A DNA stretch of 64,000 nt from contig PRDH01000044.1 in NCBI GenBank assembly GCA_003345545.1, forward strand, positions 125,793-189,792, given 5' to 3'. This DNA comes from Candidatus Thorarchaeota archaeon (GTDB taxonomy: Archaea > Asgardarchaeota > Thorarchaeia > Thorarchaeales > Thorarchaeaceae). Within the stretch, counting starts at the first letter, position 1. Each line of letters opens with the position of its first letter. This document shows, one piece after another, positions 1 to 8,770 of this stretch. The position numbers and the translations under genes are program-made. Below the pieces are notes generated by a model that was not told the DNA's origin, made no database searches, and saw only the letters and a list, made by a program, of their open reading frames with translations.

Positions 1-1
1 A

Positions 2-421
2 AGCAATCCAGAAGACAGAATCACTCTGATTGGAGCCACGAACCTACCGTGGGAGCTGGACTTTGCACTTCGGTCGAGATTTGAGAAGAAAATACATGTT
101 CCACTTCCTGGACGAGAGGCAAGAACAGCAATCTTTGAAACCCATATGGAAGACATCGAGGTTTCTCCGACCATTGACTACGAAGAGATGGCAGATCTGA
201 CCGAAGGGTACAGTGGTCGAGACATAAGCATCGTCTGCCGAGAGGCAGCAATGGAACCAATCCGAGACCTTCAGCGCACTGGAAGAATGGACGATGAGAG
301 AGAAATCTTGGACATCCGGCCCGTTTCAAGGGAAGACTTCTTGAGCGCCATCGAGAACATCAGACCTGCAACTCCCCCAGAGGATGTCAGGAAATACATT
401 GACTGGGCGGAGGGTTCTTAG
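2..421 (+). CDS. vps4: Vps4-like AAA+ ATPase, C-terminal part (truncated by the window edge)
   Basis: The frame is open from base 2 and reads GATNLPWELDFALRSRFEKKIHVPLP ... TEGYSGRDISIVCREAAMEPIR, which are meiotic-clade AAA (Vps4/katanin) SRH and lid motifs. It lies directly upstream of Vps25. Confidence 0.85.
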   Translation, partial: SNPEDRITLIGATNLPWELDFALRSRFEKKIHVPLPGREARTAIFETHMEDIEVSPTIDYEEMADLTEGYSGRDISIVCREAAMEPIRDLQRTGRMDDEREILDIRPVSREDFLSAIENIRPATPPEDVRKYIDWAEGS

Positions 422-424
422 AGG

Positions 425-1162
425 TTGGGCATGAGAGAGAAGCGGAAAGAGAAACGAAGAGAAGAGGCCCAGGAAGAACCAGAAGATACTGAGGTGGTCA
501 GGACAGTTCAGGAGGCAGAGACCTCCCCAGTAATAGAGGAAGACATTCACACACCCGAGGTCATCATTGGGAAGCCCGATGCGACTGAAGTAGTCTCTGA
601 GAATGAAGCTGTCACAGACGAAACCGAAGCAGAGAAACTTCAGAGCGTACCAGTCGTTTCGATGCCCCCTTGGGGTAGCCCCGAGGAGAGCGAATGGATG
701 TACGGTGTTCCTCCAAGAGAAGAGGATAGAATCTTGTGGGCAGAGGAGTGGTCAGATTATCTGCTTCAATGGGCAGAACTCAAACAGATCCATGTACTAT
801 CCCTTGCTGTGTTCATTAGTGAACCTCCTTTCAATGATTTGAGAAACAAGGTCGACTCCTTCAAGATGATTTCCGAGGTCCTCATCGATAAGGAGGTGGC
901 GGAATGGAGTGATAGGCGAAGACGCCAACTCAGAATCTTTTGGAAACCACTTGAGGACTGGGCGGACCTGATATATGAGTGGTCCCTGAGAACAGGAAAG
1001 CTAAGACTAGATGTGAAGTCCATAGTGATACAGGAGTCAAAGGAGAGCTTTGCAAAGCTTCCTGAAAGAGACCTCCATGTTGTTATGGGGTTGATGGTAG
1101 AGAAAGGATTTGCTGAGTGGATTGATAAGAAGAAGGGCGCAGTCCTGGTATCGACTCAGTAG
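425..1162 (+). CDS. vps25: ESCRT-II subunit Vps25/EAP20-like, with an acidic disordered N-terminal extension
   Basis: AEWSDRRRRQLRIFWKPLEDWADLIYEW matches the Vps25 pattern EWLDK..FLIMWRRPEEWGKLIYQW. It starts 4 bp after vps4. Confidence 0.85.
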   Translation: MGMREKRKEKRREEAQEEPEDTEVVRTVQEAETSPVIEEDIHTPEVIIGKPDATEVVSENEAVTDETEAEKLQSVPVVSMPPWGSPEESEWMYGVPPREEDRILWAEEWSDYLLQWAELKQIHVLSLAVFISEPPFNDLRNKVDSFKMISEVLIDKEVAEWSDRRRRQLRIFWKPLEDWADLIYEWSLRTGKLRLDVKSIVIQESKESFAKLPERDLHVVMGLMVEKGFAEWIDKKKGAVLVSTQ

Positions 1163-1914
1163 GCTCCTTGGTTTGAGGTTTCAGGTTTATCTCGTGCTCT
1201 GAGACCCGGAAAATAATACCTCCCGCCTGTTGAGAAACGGATATCTGCAACTGCCATTCCGGTTTCTACGAGGCTCGTGAGCACTTGACGTGCATGATCT
1301 TCGGACCATTTGAGCTGCATCATCACGTCTTCTACTGAAACATGACCTTTCGATGCTGCCAGGTTGACCACATCAGCTTGATCACGGCGGAGTTCGAGCG
1401 GCCTTAGCTCTACGACCTTCACTCCTCCACGAAGAGTCCGAATGCCAGGCAACAGACCGTTCTCTGACACCCGATTGACTGCCTCGATTACATCATTGTA
1501 TGTAACGGATTTCATCTCAGGAAGACGGCGTACGACCTCGACAATGAGCTCCGCAAGCCCCATTAGTCCCTTCGAAGCGTGCTCAGTCGCAACATCAAGT
1601 ATTGCTAAGCCAATATAATCATAGTACTGGTCAGCATTCATTCCCTGATAGGACGTTGCGGAAGCACTCTCGCGGAGCCTGAGAAGGTCAGCAGCATCTG
1701 GAAAGACCTCTGTTATCCGTTCGCCTGCAAAGAAGCCCCCGACATCCAGTCCGCTTCGCTTCAGATTATCAATATGGCTCCGCACCTCCTGAAGGAGTGC
1801 TTGTGATTCTCTCTGGAATGATCCAATATCAACAGCACCCAGGTCATACAGCTTCTTCAGCTGGTCAAGCGTGGCAATGGAGGCATAGAGTTCTGTTTCG
1901 AATCGCTCCTGCAT
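1156..1914 (-). CDS. EAP30/Vps22-Vps36 family ESCRT-II protein with a Vps28-like N-terminal region
   Basis: The C-terminal part (DQYYDYIG..GLMGLAEL..VTYNDVIEAV..PLELRRDQADVVNLAASKGHVSV..LKWSEDHARQVLTSLVETGMA..YYFPGL) is the EAP30 tandem winged helix. The N-terminal part (ELYASIATLDQLKKLYDLGAVD..F) resembles the Vps28 N-terminus. Start placed at MQERF; the ORF extends to 1980. Confidence 0.8.
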   Translation of the reverse strand: MQERFETELYASIATLDQLKKLYDLGAVDIGSFQRESQALLQEVRSHIDNLKRSGLDVGGFFAGERITEVFPDAADLLRLRESASATSYQGMNADQYYDYIGLAILDVATEHASKGLMGLAELIVEVVRRLPEMKSVTYNDVIEAVNRVSENGLLPGIRTLRGGVKVVELRPLELRRDQADVVNLAASKGHVSVEDVMMQLKWSEDHARQVLTSLVETGMAVADIRFSTGGRYYFPGLRARDKPETSNQGAY

Positions 1915-2010
1915 CGGTGATAGTTCCTTCTCTATTCTGAAAGTCCGCACAATGCTGACAAGACTCATTAAATTGCTCATGCTTTAAGTGAGAGTATTAT
2001 CTCGCTACTA

Positions 2011-3369
2011 CTAGGGTGTGAGTCTGTCTCTGTCTCGCGGTAGAAGTGTGGCCTCACGGATATTATCAATGCCAAGAATCTGCATGGTAAGCCGCTCGAC
2101 TCCAAGGCCTAGTCCACCATGTGGCGGAGCACCATACTTGAAGGGATCCAGATAGAAACTGAAGTCTGGAGGATTGAATCCCTTTGCTTTGAACCGCTCA
2201 ATGAGAAGGTCATACAGGTGGATGCGTTGGCCTCCGGTCGTGATCTCCATTCCCTTATACGTGAGGTCAAAACTCTCGGTCATTCCTTCATCAGTTAGAC
2301 TTGGCATGGTGTAGGCAGGTCTCAGTTCCAGAGGGTAGTGAGTAATGAAGACCATATCAGTGCCATATTTCTCTGGGAAGATTTGTCCAAGCAACTGCTC
2401 ACATTCTGGGTCAAGATCGTCATTGATAGCGAGCTCTTTTCCGGCATTGTTGAGAAGTCCAATTGCTTCGACGTACTTCACTCTCTTGAAGGGCACTCGA
2501 GGTACCTTAAGGTCTATGCCAAGTTGTGCGAACTCGTGTGCAGCTGCCTTCTTTGTCTTCTCGAAGGAGTAGTTGAGCATTCGTTCTTCCATCTTCATGA
2601 CATCCTCTACTCCGCTGATCCAAGCCATTTCAAAGTCAAACGATGTATACTCGTTGATGTGACGTCTTGTATTATGCTTCTCAGCCCTGAAGACAGGCGC
2701 TATCTCGAAGACTCTGCCGAATCCAGCAAGCAGCATGAGCTGTTTGTAGAACTGTGGGCTTTGTGCGAGGTATGCTTTCTTCTCGAAATACTTGACTTCG
2801 AATAGGTCTGCACCGCCCTCTGTGGCTTCTGCTACAAGCTTGGGGGTATGAATCTCTACGAAGTCATTCTTCTCAAGATACTCCCGGGCATAACGGACCA
2901 GGCTATGTTGAATCCTGAAGATTGCGTTGATAGTCGGTTTACGAAGGTCTAGAATACGATGATTGAGGCGTGTGTCTAAATCAATGTCTACCTTTCCCTC
3001 TACAATATCGATTGGAAGGCGGTCAGCAGTGTTCAGGACGCGTATCCTTGTCGGGACTATCTCGACACCGTTAGGAGCCTGCGGCGAGGCGACCACATCG
3101 CCATGGACGGCAACAACCGTTTCAGGTTTCAATTGTCCGGCAACCTCAAAGACCTCCGCGGGGACCTTCTTCTGGGGAATAGCGACTTGCACAGTGCCAT
3201 GCTCGTCTCGTAGAACTAGGAATTTGATCTTCCCCTTGTCTCGCAGGATGTGGGTCCATCCCATGAGTATAACCTGAGTGCCTGCAAGTTCCGGTGTTAT
3301 CTGATTGCTGAAGTGGGTGCGCTGCTCACTGCCGATTGGGACAACGCCCGCTGTCTTGTAGAAATCCAT
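2011..3369 (-). CDS. aspS: Aspartyl-tRNA synthetase, archaeal type, probably non-discriminating
   Basis: OB-fold N-terminus, LAQSPQFYKQ, motif 2 FRAE, GQRIH and motif 3 PPHGGLGLGVERL. His in GWTH and Pro in QAPNG are the non-discriminating-type residues. Confidence 0.95.
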   Translation of the reverse strand: MDFYKTAGVVPIGSEQRTHFSNQITPELAGTQVILMGWTHILRDKGKIKFLVLRDEHGTVQVAIPQKKVPAEVFEVAGQLKPETVVAVHGDVVASPQAPNGVEIVPTRIRVLNTADRLPIDIVEGKVDIDLDTRLNHRILDLRKPTINAIFRIQHSLVRYAREYLEKNDFVEIHTPKLVAEATEGGADLFEVKYFEKKAYLAQSPQFYKQLMLLAGFGRVFEIAPVFRAEKHNTRRHINEYTSFDFEMAWISGVEDVMKMEERMLNYSFEKTKKAAAHEFAQLGIDLKVPRVPFKRVKYVEAIGLLNNAGKELAINDDLDPECEQLLGQIFPEKYGTDMVFITHYPLELRPAYTMPSLTDEGMTESFDLTYKGMEITTGGQRIHLYDLLIERFKAKGFNPPDFSFYLDPFKYGAPPHGGLGLGVERLTMQILGIDNIREATLLPRDRDRLTP

Positions 3370-3498
3370 TGGTTACGCCTCAGTCTGATTAGTTCCATCC
3401 GGAGCGTTGCAGATTAAGAGGCTTTTGGAGTGAGTCAATCAGGGAGGTTGAAGATGGTCTGAGCGTATCTCAAGACCACCTTCTAGTACTCGCCTGTA

Positions 3499-3744
3499 CT
3501 ACATGGGCGTCTGCACCAGCTCGTAGACCCGCTCCCGCGCATCCTCTTTATGCCCTGCCTCTTGAATCAATCCCATGGCTTTCAGCCGACTGATGCCATA
3601 GTTGACCGTTCTGGGAGGCAGATATGTTGTGCTTATGAGGTCCTGCCGGGTCATCCGGCGCTGACTCTTAAGAAGCACATAGAGAAATTTCGCGGAAGGA
3701 GGCAAAGACATGAACGAGCGTCTGGCAAACGCTATCCCACCCAA
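3499..3744 (-). CDS. Small winged-helix (MarR-like) transcription regulator
   Basis: LPPSAKFLY..MTRQDL...TYLPPRTVNYGISRL...GLI....DARERVY is a typical archaeal wHTH pattern. Confidence 0.75.
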   Translation of the reverse strand: MGGIAFARRSFMSLPPSAKFLYVLLKSQRRMTRQDLISTTYLPPRTVNYGISRLKAMGLIQEAGHKEDARERVYELVQTPM

Positions 3745-3830
3745 TGATTATTGCCATGACTTTAGTACCTCCGTGAAATTTGCGATTCTGAAGACCTGTT
3801 TGCTGATAAATCTTGGCATCATCTGGTGGC

Positions 3831-5183
3831 CTATCGCGGCTTTTCGAGAACTATTACCCATTCACCGAGCATTCTCTCTTTCCGAGGGATTCGAATGAAA
3901 TGGCGAATCAACTTGGAGAAGAACACTCTGTCAAGCTGGAATCCTGTCCTTTCGGTCGCAATCTCCGTGAGAATCTCGTGCGATTTCACTAACACGCCAC
4001 GGATGAGATTGCTACCTATCGCAATGCAGTAGTGACCTCCAGGCTTCAGGACTCTCATGGTCTCTGTCAACTGTGCTTCCATGTCGTCAAAGAACTTGTA
4101 GACAATGTATGAACGTCTTGGGTCTGTCTCGAATATTCGCGCAAGTATTGGATCAAGTGTTTCCAGATTGGTGACTCGAAGACCCTGATAGTCCGTCTTG
4201 TAGACTGCTTCTGTTCCAATGTAGCGTCGTTTCACGTTCGCGAGAGGGCCATCCTCGTCGAGCAAGTCCAACCAGTACATCTCCAGTTGATGAGTACGCG
4301 GGTAATCTACGGCATTGATGTAAGGGGGCGATGTTACTGCCAAGTCAATGCTCTCTGAATCTAGGCCCGTATGTATTGCAGTACTCTTGGGGAGCTGAAC
4401 ATCCCACCTCGCAGAAGACGAGTAGACCTCCCAGAGCTCGTTCATTGCAGCTACTTGCTTTGAAAGTGTGGTGAGAAATCTGGATATCGTGTCACCTGGG
4501 GCAATCTTCTTGATGATTCTCTTTCTGAGCACTGTCCGGGTGCAATGTGAATCTGCATTCGAAACGTCACGGATAATCGAAGACAAGACGACTCTCAGGA
4601 AGTCTCGAATATCAAAGAGCAGGTCCCGCTCCATGTCAGCGTACAGTCTGGGGACTTCGTCGATGCATTTCTTTAGCATGGCCAACTCCTTGAGCACAAA
4701 TGGTCGAAACCAACTGTCACGGTAGTTGAACTCTGGGATAATGCCATCGAACTCGCCATCCTTGTCAATGGATTGGATACTCGTTGAGAGGGATGACACC
4801 ACATTTTTGAGAAGACTCGGACAAACGGGAGTAGTCTTCACCTTTGTGAGGAGCTGTGCAATTGCATCCACATCAATTCCTACTCCTCTCCGGTTATTCA
4901 GTACTGCCTCAAGAACGGCGGTGCCACTTCCACACATTGGATCTAGCACCGTATCACGTTCATTGGAGAACCTGCGAATTAGATACCGAGGGAGTTCCGG
5001 AAAGAATTTTGCAGGGAACTTGTGAATTCCATGTGTAAGATAGGACTGGTCCTTGCTGACAATTAGGATGCTTGACCCATCAGGAATCACGGTTGTTGGG
5101 TCAATGTCTCCGATGAACTCCAAATGACTCTGGGAATCCCGAGCGACTTCTGTTGACTCCAGATTAGAAACTCGATTTACCAA
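3831..5183 (-). CDS. DNA amino-methyltransferase (likely N4-cytosine), orphan
   Basis: HKFPAKF, SAM-binding DPMCGSGT, catalytic TSPPY and RVLKPGG. No restriction nuclease is adjacent. Confidence 0.85.
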   Translation of the reverse strand: MVNRVSNLESTEVARDSQSHLEFIGDIDPTTVIPDGSSILIVSKDQSYLTHGIHKFPAKFFPELPRYLIRRFSNERDTVLDPMCGSGTAVLEAVLNNRRGVGIDVDAIAQLLTKVKTTPVCPSLLKNVVSSLSTSIQSIDKDGEFDGIIPEFNYRDSWFRPFVLKELAMLKKCIDEVPRLYADMERDLLFDIRDFLRVVLSSIIRDVSNADSHCTRTVLRKRIIKKIAPGDTISRFLTTLSKQVAAMNELWEVYSSSARWDVQLPKSTAIHTGLDSESIDLAVTSPPYINAVDYPRTHQLEMYWLDLLDEDGPLANVKRRYIGTEAVYKTDYQGLRVTNLETLDPILARIFETDPRRSYIVYKFFDDMEAQLTETMRVLKPGGHYCIAIGSNLIRGVLVKSHEILTEIATERTGFQLDRVFFSKLIRHFIRIPRKERMLGEWVIVLEKPR

Positions 5184-5344
5184 GGAGGCACAGTCTTCCT
5201 TACTTTGTCTATTCCATCGAATGAAATCCTTAGAAGATAATAAGCTAGCCGCCCACTCCCAGCTGAGAGGCGATTACGGGGTCTTGATGCTAAAAAAGTC
5301 AATTCTTATCAGGATTTCGGGCAAATACGGTCCATCGATAGTCC

Positions 5345-5353
5345 TATATATAA
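5345..5353 (+). promoter_or_regulatory. TATA box upstream of the structured leader and the 5545 gene
   Basis: TATATATAA in an intergenic region about 190 bp upstream of the next + strand start. Confidence 0.55.
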
Positions 5354-5372
5354 CCGCCATTCAAGCATACGT

Positions 5373-5522
5373 CGATTCTGAACGGCAGCAAACAGGGTGT
5401 TGCCCAATGGCATGTAAGTTCTGACGCGCCAGAAAACGCCAATTCGCATAGCGTAGTGAAGGGGCTGCGCATCACGACTTCTTGCCTGAAGGTGATTTCC
5501 CGTTAGCTTGTTTGTGAATCTC
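5373..5522 (+). ncRNA. Putative structured cis-regulatory 5' leader or small RNA (family not recognised)
   Basis: GAUUC..GAACG..AGC.AAC.GGG pairs with CCCGUU.GCUUGUUU..GAAUC and encloses four hairpins (UGCC/GGCA, UUCUG/CAGAA, GCGUAGU/GCUGCGC, AUCAC..CUUC/GAAG..GUGAU). Folded by eye. Confidence 0.45.
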
Positions 5523-5544
5523 GAAAAAGAGGAGATAAAACAAA

Positions 5545-5874
5545 ATGTCAGATCTGAAGAAAATCGGAGACCTACTGATACTCATCGGTGCTATTATTGG
5601 ACTCATTGAGGGTATTCTGACCGCTCTGCGTATCACAACTTTGGCATTCCTACCGTACCCAGCCTTCGGACTCGATCCCCTGATAACGGGTATCCTAGGA
5701 ATCATATTTGCGCTGATTGCCCTAGTGAACAGTGGTACAATTAAGATTAAGATACTTGAATTCAGCAACAAGTGGCTAATCGTCCTCATCATGGGTATTC
5801 TCATGTATGTGTTTGCTAGCGGACTGGGTGGAATCCTAGTTATCATTGGGTCTCTTCTACTACTAGTCAAATAG
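5545..5874 (+). CDS. Small four-TM membrane protein, unknown function
   Basis: 109 aa, almost entirely hydrophobic Gly/Ile/Leu helices. It has a GAGGAG ribosome-binding site and its own terminator. Confidence 0.85.
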   Translation: MSDLKKIGDLLILIGAIIGLIEGILTALRITTLAFLPYPAFGLDPLITGILGIIFALIALVNSGTIKIKILEFSNKWLIVLIMGILMYVFASGLGGILVIIGSLLLLVK

Positions 5875-5880
5875 AGTATG

Positions 5881-5934
5881 ATTGCTCAACATGATTGACG
5901 TTCAATCAGTGTTGAGCAATTGCTCTTTTTTTTC
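5881..5934 (+). terminator. Strong hairpin plus T-tract terminator
   Basis: ATTGCTCAACA-TGATTGA / TCAATCA-G-TGTTGAGCAAT inverted repeat, followed by a T9 run, between convergent genes. Confidence 0.75.
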
Positions 5935-5943
5935 TTCCGAAAA

Positions 5944-7290
5944 TCAGATTTCTTCAGAGATTGCTTTGTCAACTCTTCCAACAGCATCTTCGATGTTCTC
6001 TCTGGTGATGGTATAGCTGGGAGTGAAACGAATCACGTTCTGACCAGCTCCAAGCACCCAGAGGTGTTGCTTCTGAACCGCATTCTTGACGACAGCATCT
6101 CTCAGCTTCCGATTCTTCTCTCGGGTCTTCTTGTCCTTCACTAGTTCGACGCCGATCATAAGGCCCAAGCCACGAACGTCTCCGACGACTTCGTACTTGT
6201 CTTTCAATTCACCAAGTAGTCCTAATAGGTACTCTCCGTTCTCCTTGTTCTTCCTCAGGAAATTCCCATCCTCCATATGCTTGAAGATCCACAGCGACAA
6301 GAGAGACATCTTGGGTTCTGCAGAGAAAGTTTCAGAGTGCCGAGATGCACCAGTGTACATAGGAGCAGGACCGATTGATGCACCCATTGGGTATCCACCT
6401 CCGATTGCCTTGCCCATGGAGATATAGTCCGGAACCACGCCATGGTACTCAATCGCGCACCACTTCCCGGTTCTGCCCATGCCTGCCTGTACTTCATCTG
6501 ACATGAAGTATGCTCCCACTTCCTTGCTCAGCTCATAGATACCCTTTACTGCCTTGGCAGGTGGAACAATGAGCCCGCCTTCACCGCAGAGAGGCTCCAT
6601 CACCGTAGCCGCGATGTCGTTACCCTCAACTTCCAAGGCATATCTCAGGGCTTCAACACACTCAAGACTACAATCTTCCTCATCTGTGCCACAGGGACAC
6701 CTGTAACAGTACGGATAGGGCACACGAACGACATCAACACCCTGGGGAAAACCTGACTTGTGCCTTGAGTTCGATGATGTAAGAGAGAGAGCGTAGCCTG
6801 TTCGACCATGAAATGCGGGTCGAAATGCAACGAATCTTCTACGACCAGATAAATCCATTGCGGACTTCATGCAACCTTCGACCGCCCGTCCCCCGGAAGT
6901 CGTGAACATTACTCGTTTCTTATGGTCCCCAGGAGTGATTGCAGCAACACGCTCAGCAAGAAGCGTCTGAGGAATCGCATCGAAATCCTGTCCTGGAAGC
7001 TCATTAATCACATCAATTAAACTCGCCTCAAAATCGAGGAATGGCTTGTAACGAAGCCCAAATGCACGAACGGCCACGCCACCTGTGACATCAAGGTATT
7101 CCGTGCCCTCGATGTCGAAGACACGCAGACCCTCGCCTGTGGTGTGGTCAAGACAGCCATACACATCTCTGTCTTGAGTAGTAAGCGCCAGAGCCTCTGC
7201 AGCGCGCCTCTTCCAATAGTCGTTTGTCAAATCCTGTCGACGAATATTGAATCCCAGATACTCGAGAGTCTTGATGTGTTTCTCTTCCAT
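5944..7290 (-). CDS. Class III PLP-dependent aminotransferase (GabT/ArgD family)
   Basis: YLDVTGG, FHGRT, EPLCGEGG, DEVQAGMGRTG, GKAIGGG and DVRGLGLMIGVELV. Confidence 0.92.
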   Translation of the reverse strand: MEEKHIKTLEYLGFNIRRQDLTNDYWKRRAAEALALTTQDRDVYGCLDHTTGEGLRVFDIEGTEYLDVTGGVAVRAFGLRYKPFLDFEASLIDVINELPGQDFDAIPQTLLAERVAAITPGDHKKRVMFTTSGGRAVEGCMKSAMDLSGRRRFVAFRPAFHGRTGYALSLTSSNSRHKSGFPQGVDVVRVPYPYCYRCPCGTDEEDCSLECVEALRYALEVEGNDIAATVMEPLCGEGGLIVPPAKAVKGIYELSKEVGAYFMSDEVQAGMGRTGKWCAIEYHGVVPDYISMGKAIGGGYPMGASIGPAPMYTGASRHSETFSAEPKMSLLSLWIFKHMEDGNFLRKNKENGEYLLGLLGELKDKYEVVGDVRGLGLMIGVELVKDKKTREKNRKLRDAVVKNAVQKQHLWVLGAGQNVIRFTPSYTITRENIEDAVGRVDKAISEEI

Positions 7291-7373
7291 AATGCCACTG
7301 TCCTCTGATAGCTGGTTCGAGTGGAGATGCTCACCATTATCTAATTTCCTATACCGGAACGCCGATTCTGTAT

Positions 7374-7745
7374 TCAGGACTTTGCTAGTAGAAGAATACC
7401 CCCGAGGAGTATCATGAACCCTGCAAGAGTGTCAAGACTTTGCAGCCAAGCGAATGGGTCAAGTGTGATTCCTGGCCAGGACACAATCAGAATGATAACG
7501 AAGCCAAGAAGTGCCAAGAGAAGCCCAGATCGGTGAAGCTTCCAATGAGTAAATCCGCATGCATCAAATGCTAATGCGACTAGGATTATGACTATAAAAC
7601 CCAAGACTATCTGCATTAAGCCTTCGACTGTTCCGGGGCCTGGTGAGTTGATGTTATTGATGATTCTCTGCAGTGAATATAGGATGAGTACTATGCCACC
7701 TAAGACTGTGTAGCCTTGTGCCGCGCCTTCTGCTTTGCAGCCCAT
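7374..7745 (-). CDS. Small four-TM membrane protein, probable distant paralog of 5545-5874
   Basis: Four hydrophobic segments. The C-terminus LAGFMILLGGILLLAKS resembles LGGILVIIGSLLLLVK. Start placed at MGCKA. Confidence 0.7.
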   Translation of the reverse strand: MGCKAEGAAQGYTVLGGIVLILYSLQRIINNINSPGPGTVEGLMQIVLGFIVIILVALAFDACGFTHWKLHRSGLLLALLGFVIILIVSWPGITLDPFAWLQSLDTLAGFMILLGGILLLAKS

Positions 7746-7909
7746 GATTATGATACCTCCATGGAACCTATTGATCCCATTGTCTGTGAATCTAGAACTC
7801 ATTGAGATATTAAAGTGTCCCCTATTCATACGACCTCAGGTAATACATACCATTGTATTGTTCAGAGAGAATGCTCGTATGACAGCAAAATGGTCATCTA
7901 GTGGTGGTC

Positions 7910-8758
7910 ATGACAACGTATCCTACTTACGATGGAAACAAGGTCACTGAGAGACCAGTGAGACTTGACAAGACTGAGGGGAATGTAATCATTGAAGGAA
8001 GGACATATCCAGCAAGAGAACTCATTGAGGCACTTGCTCAGAGCGGCTATGCTGAACTGAGAACTGTTGGTGACTCCATTGTGCTGGGCAACAAGAGAAT
8101 CACGCCCATTTTCAAGTCTCGCCAGGAACGTGCCATGGCGGCTCTGTGTCACAGCAGCCTGGCCTATTGCTGCCCGCTCTCAAAGAGATGCGCTGAGCGA
8201 GATAGAGCCCTCGAGATAATGGGTCTGACACCCAATGAGTACGAAGACCTGAAGAAGAATGAGCATTTCAAATATGTTGAAACAGCAAAAGGAATCGGAG
8301 CCGAAGACCCCCAATGGACAAATCAGGCGCCTAGAGACCGAATTGCCAATCGACCTGCCGTTGATCCCGGATATGGCTCGGAAGACTACAGACGTGATTT
8401 CGAAACTCTAGAGAAAACAATGGTACCGGAAGAAAACCGCTTCGATGGAAGAGACACGACATGGCGAGATTCTCGAGATGATAGAAACACACAGCAATAC
8501 CGGGAGAGAGAGAGCAGGGACATCTATTCAGATCTACAGGGAGCAGTCCCCACAGAAGACGAACGCAGTCGCAGTGTCTGTAGCATAAAGCGAGACGAGT
8601 CTGTCGACGGGATTGGCGCGCTCTTCACTCAGGGCGAACTCAGTCCGTTCCTTGACGACGCTCGAAAGGAGAACCAAGAACAGAAGTTTTGCTTCTCCTG
8701 TGGAAGGAATATCAGAGCTGGTAGCAGAGTGTGCCCATACTGCGGCTCACGTCTATGA
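7910..8758 (+). CDS. Hypothetical protein with a Cys-cluster motif (methanogenesis marker 9-like) and a C-terminal zinc ribbon
   Basis: CHSSLAYCCPLSKRCAERDRAL..MGLT..EY..LKK motif, a charged disordered middle, and CFSCG..CPYCG at the end. Confidence 0.7.
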   Translation: MTTYPTYDGNKVTERPVRLDKTEGNVIIEGRTYPARELIEALAQSGYAELRTVGDSIVLGNKRITPIFKSRQERAMAALCHSSLAYCCPLSKRCAERDRALEIMGLTPNEYEDLKKNEHFKYVETAKGIGAEDPQWTNQAPRDRIANRPAVDPGYGSEDYRRDFETLEKTMVPEENRFDGRDTTWRDSRDDRNTQQYRERESRDIYSDLQGAVPTEDERSRSVCSIKRDESVDGIGALFTQGELSPFLDDARKENQEQKFCFSCGRNIRAGSRVCPYCGSRL

Positions 8759-8770
8759 AGAAACAAATCC

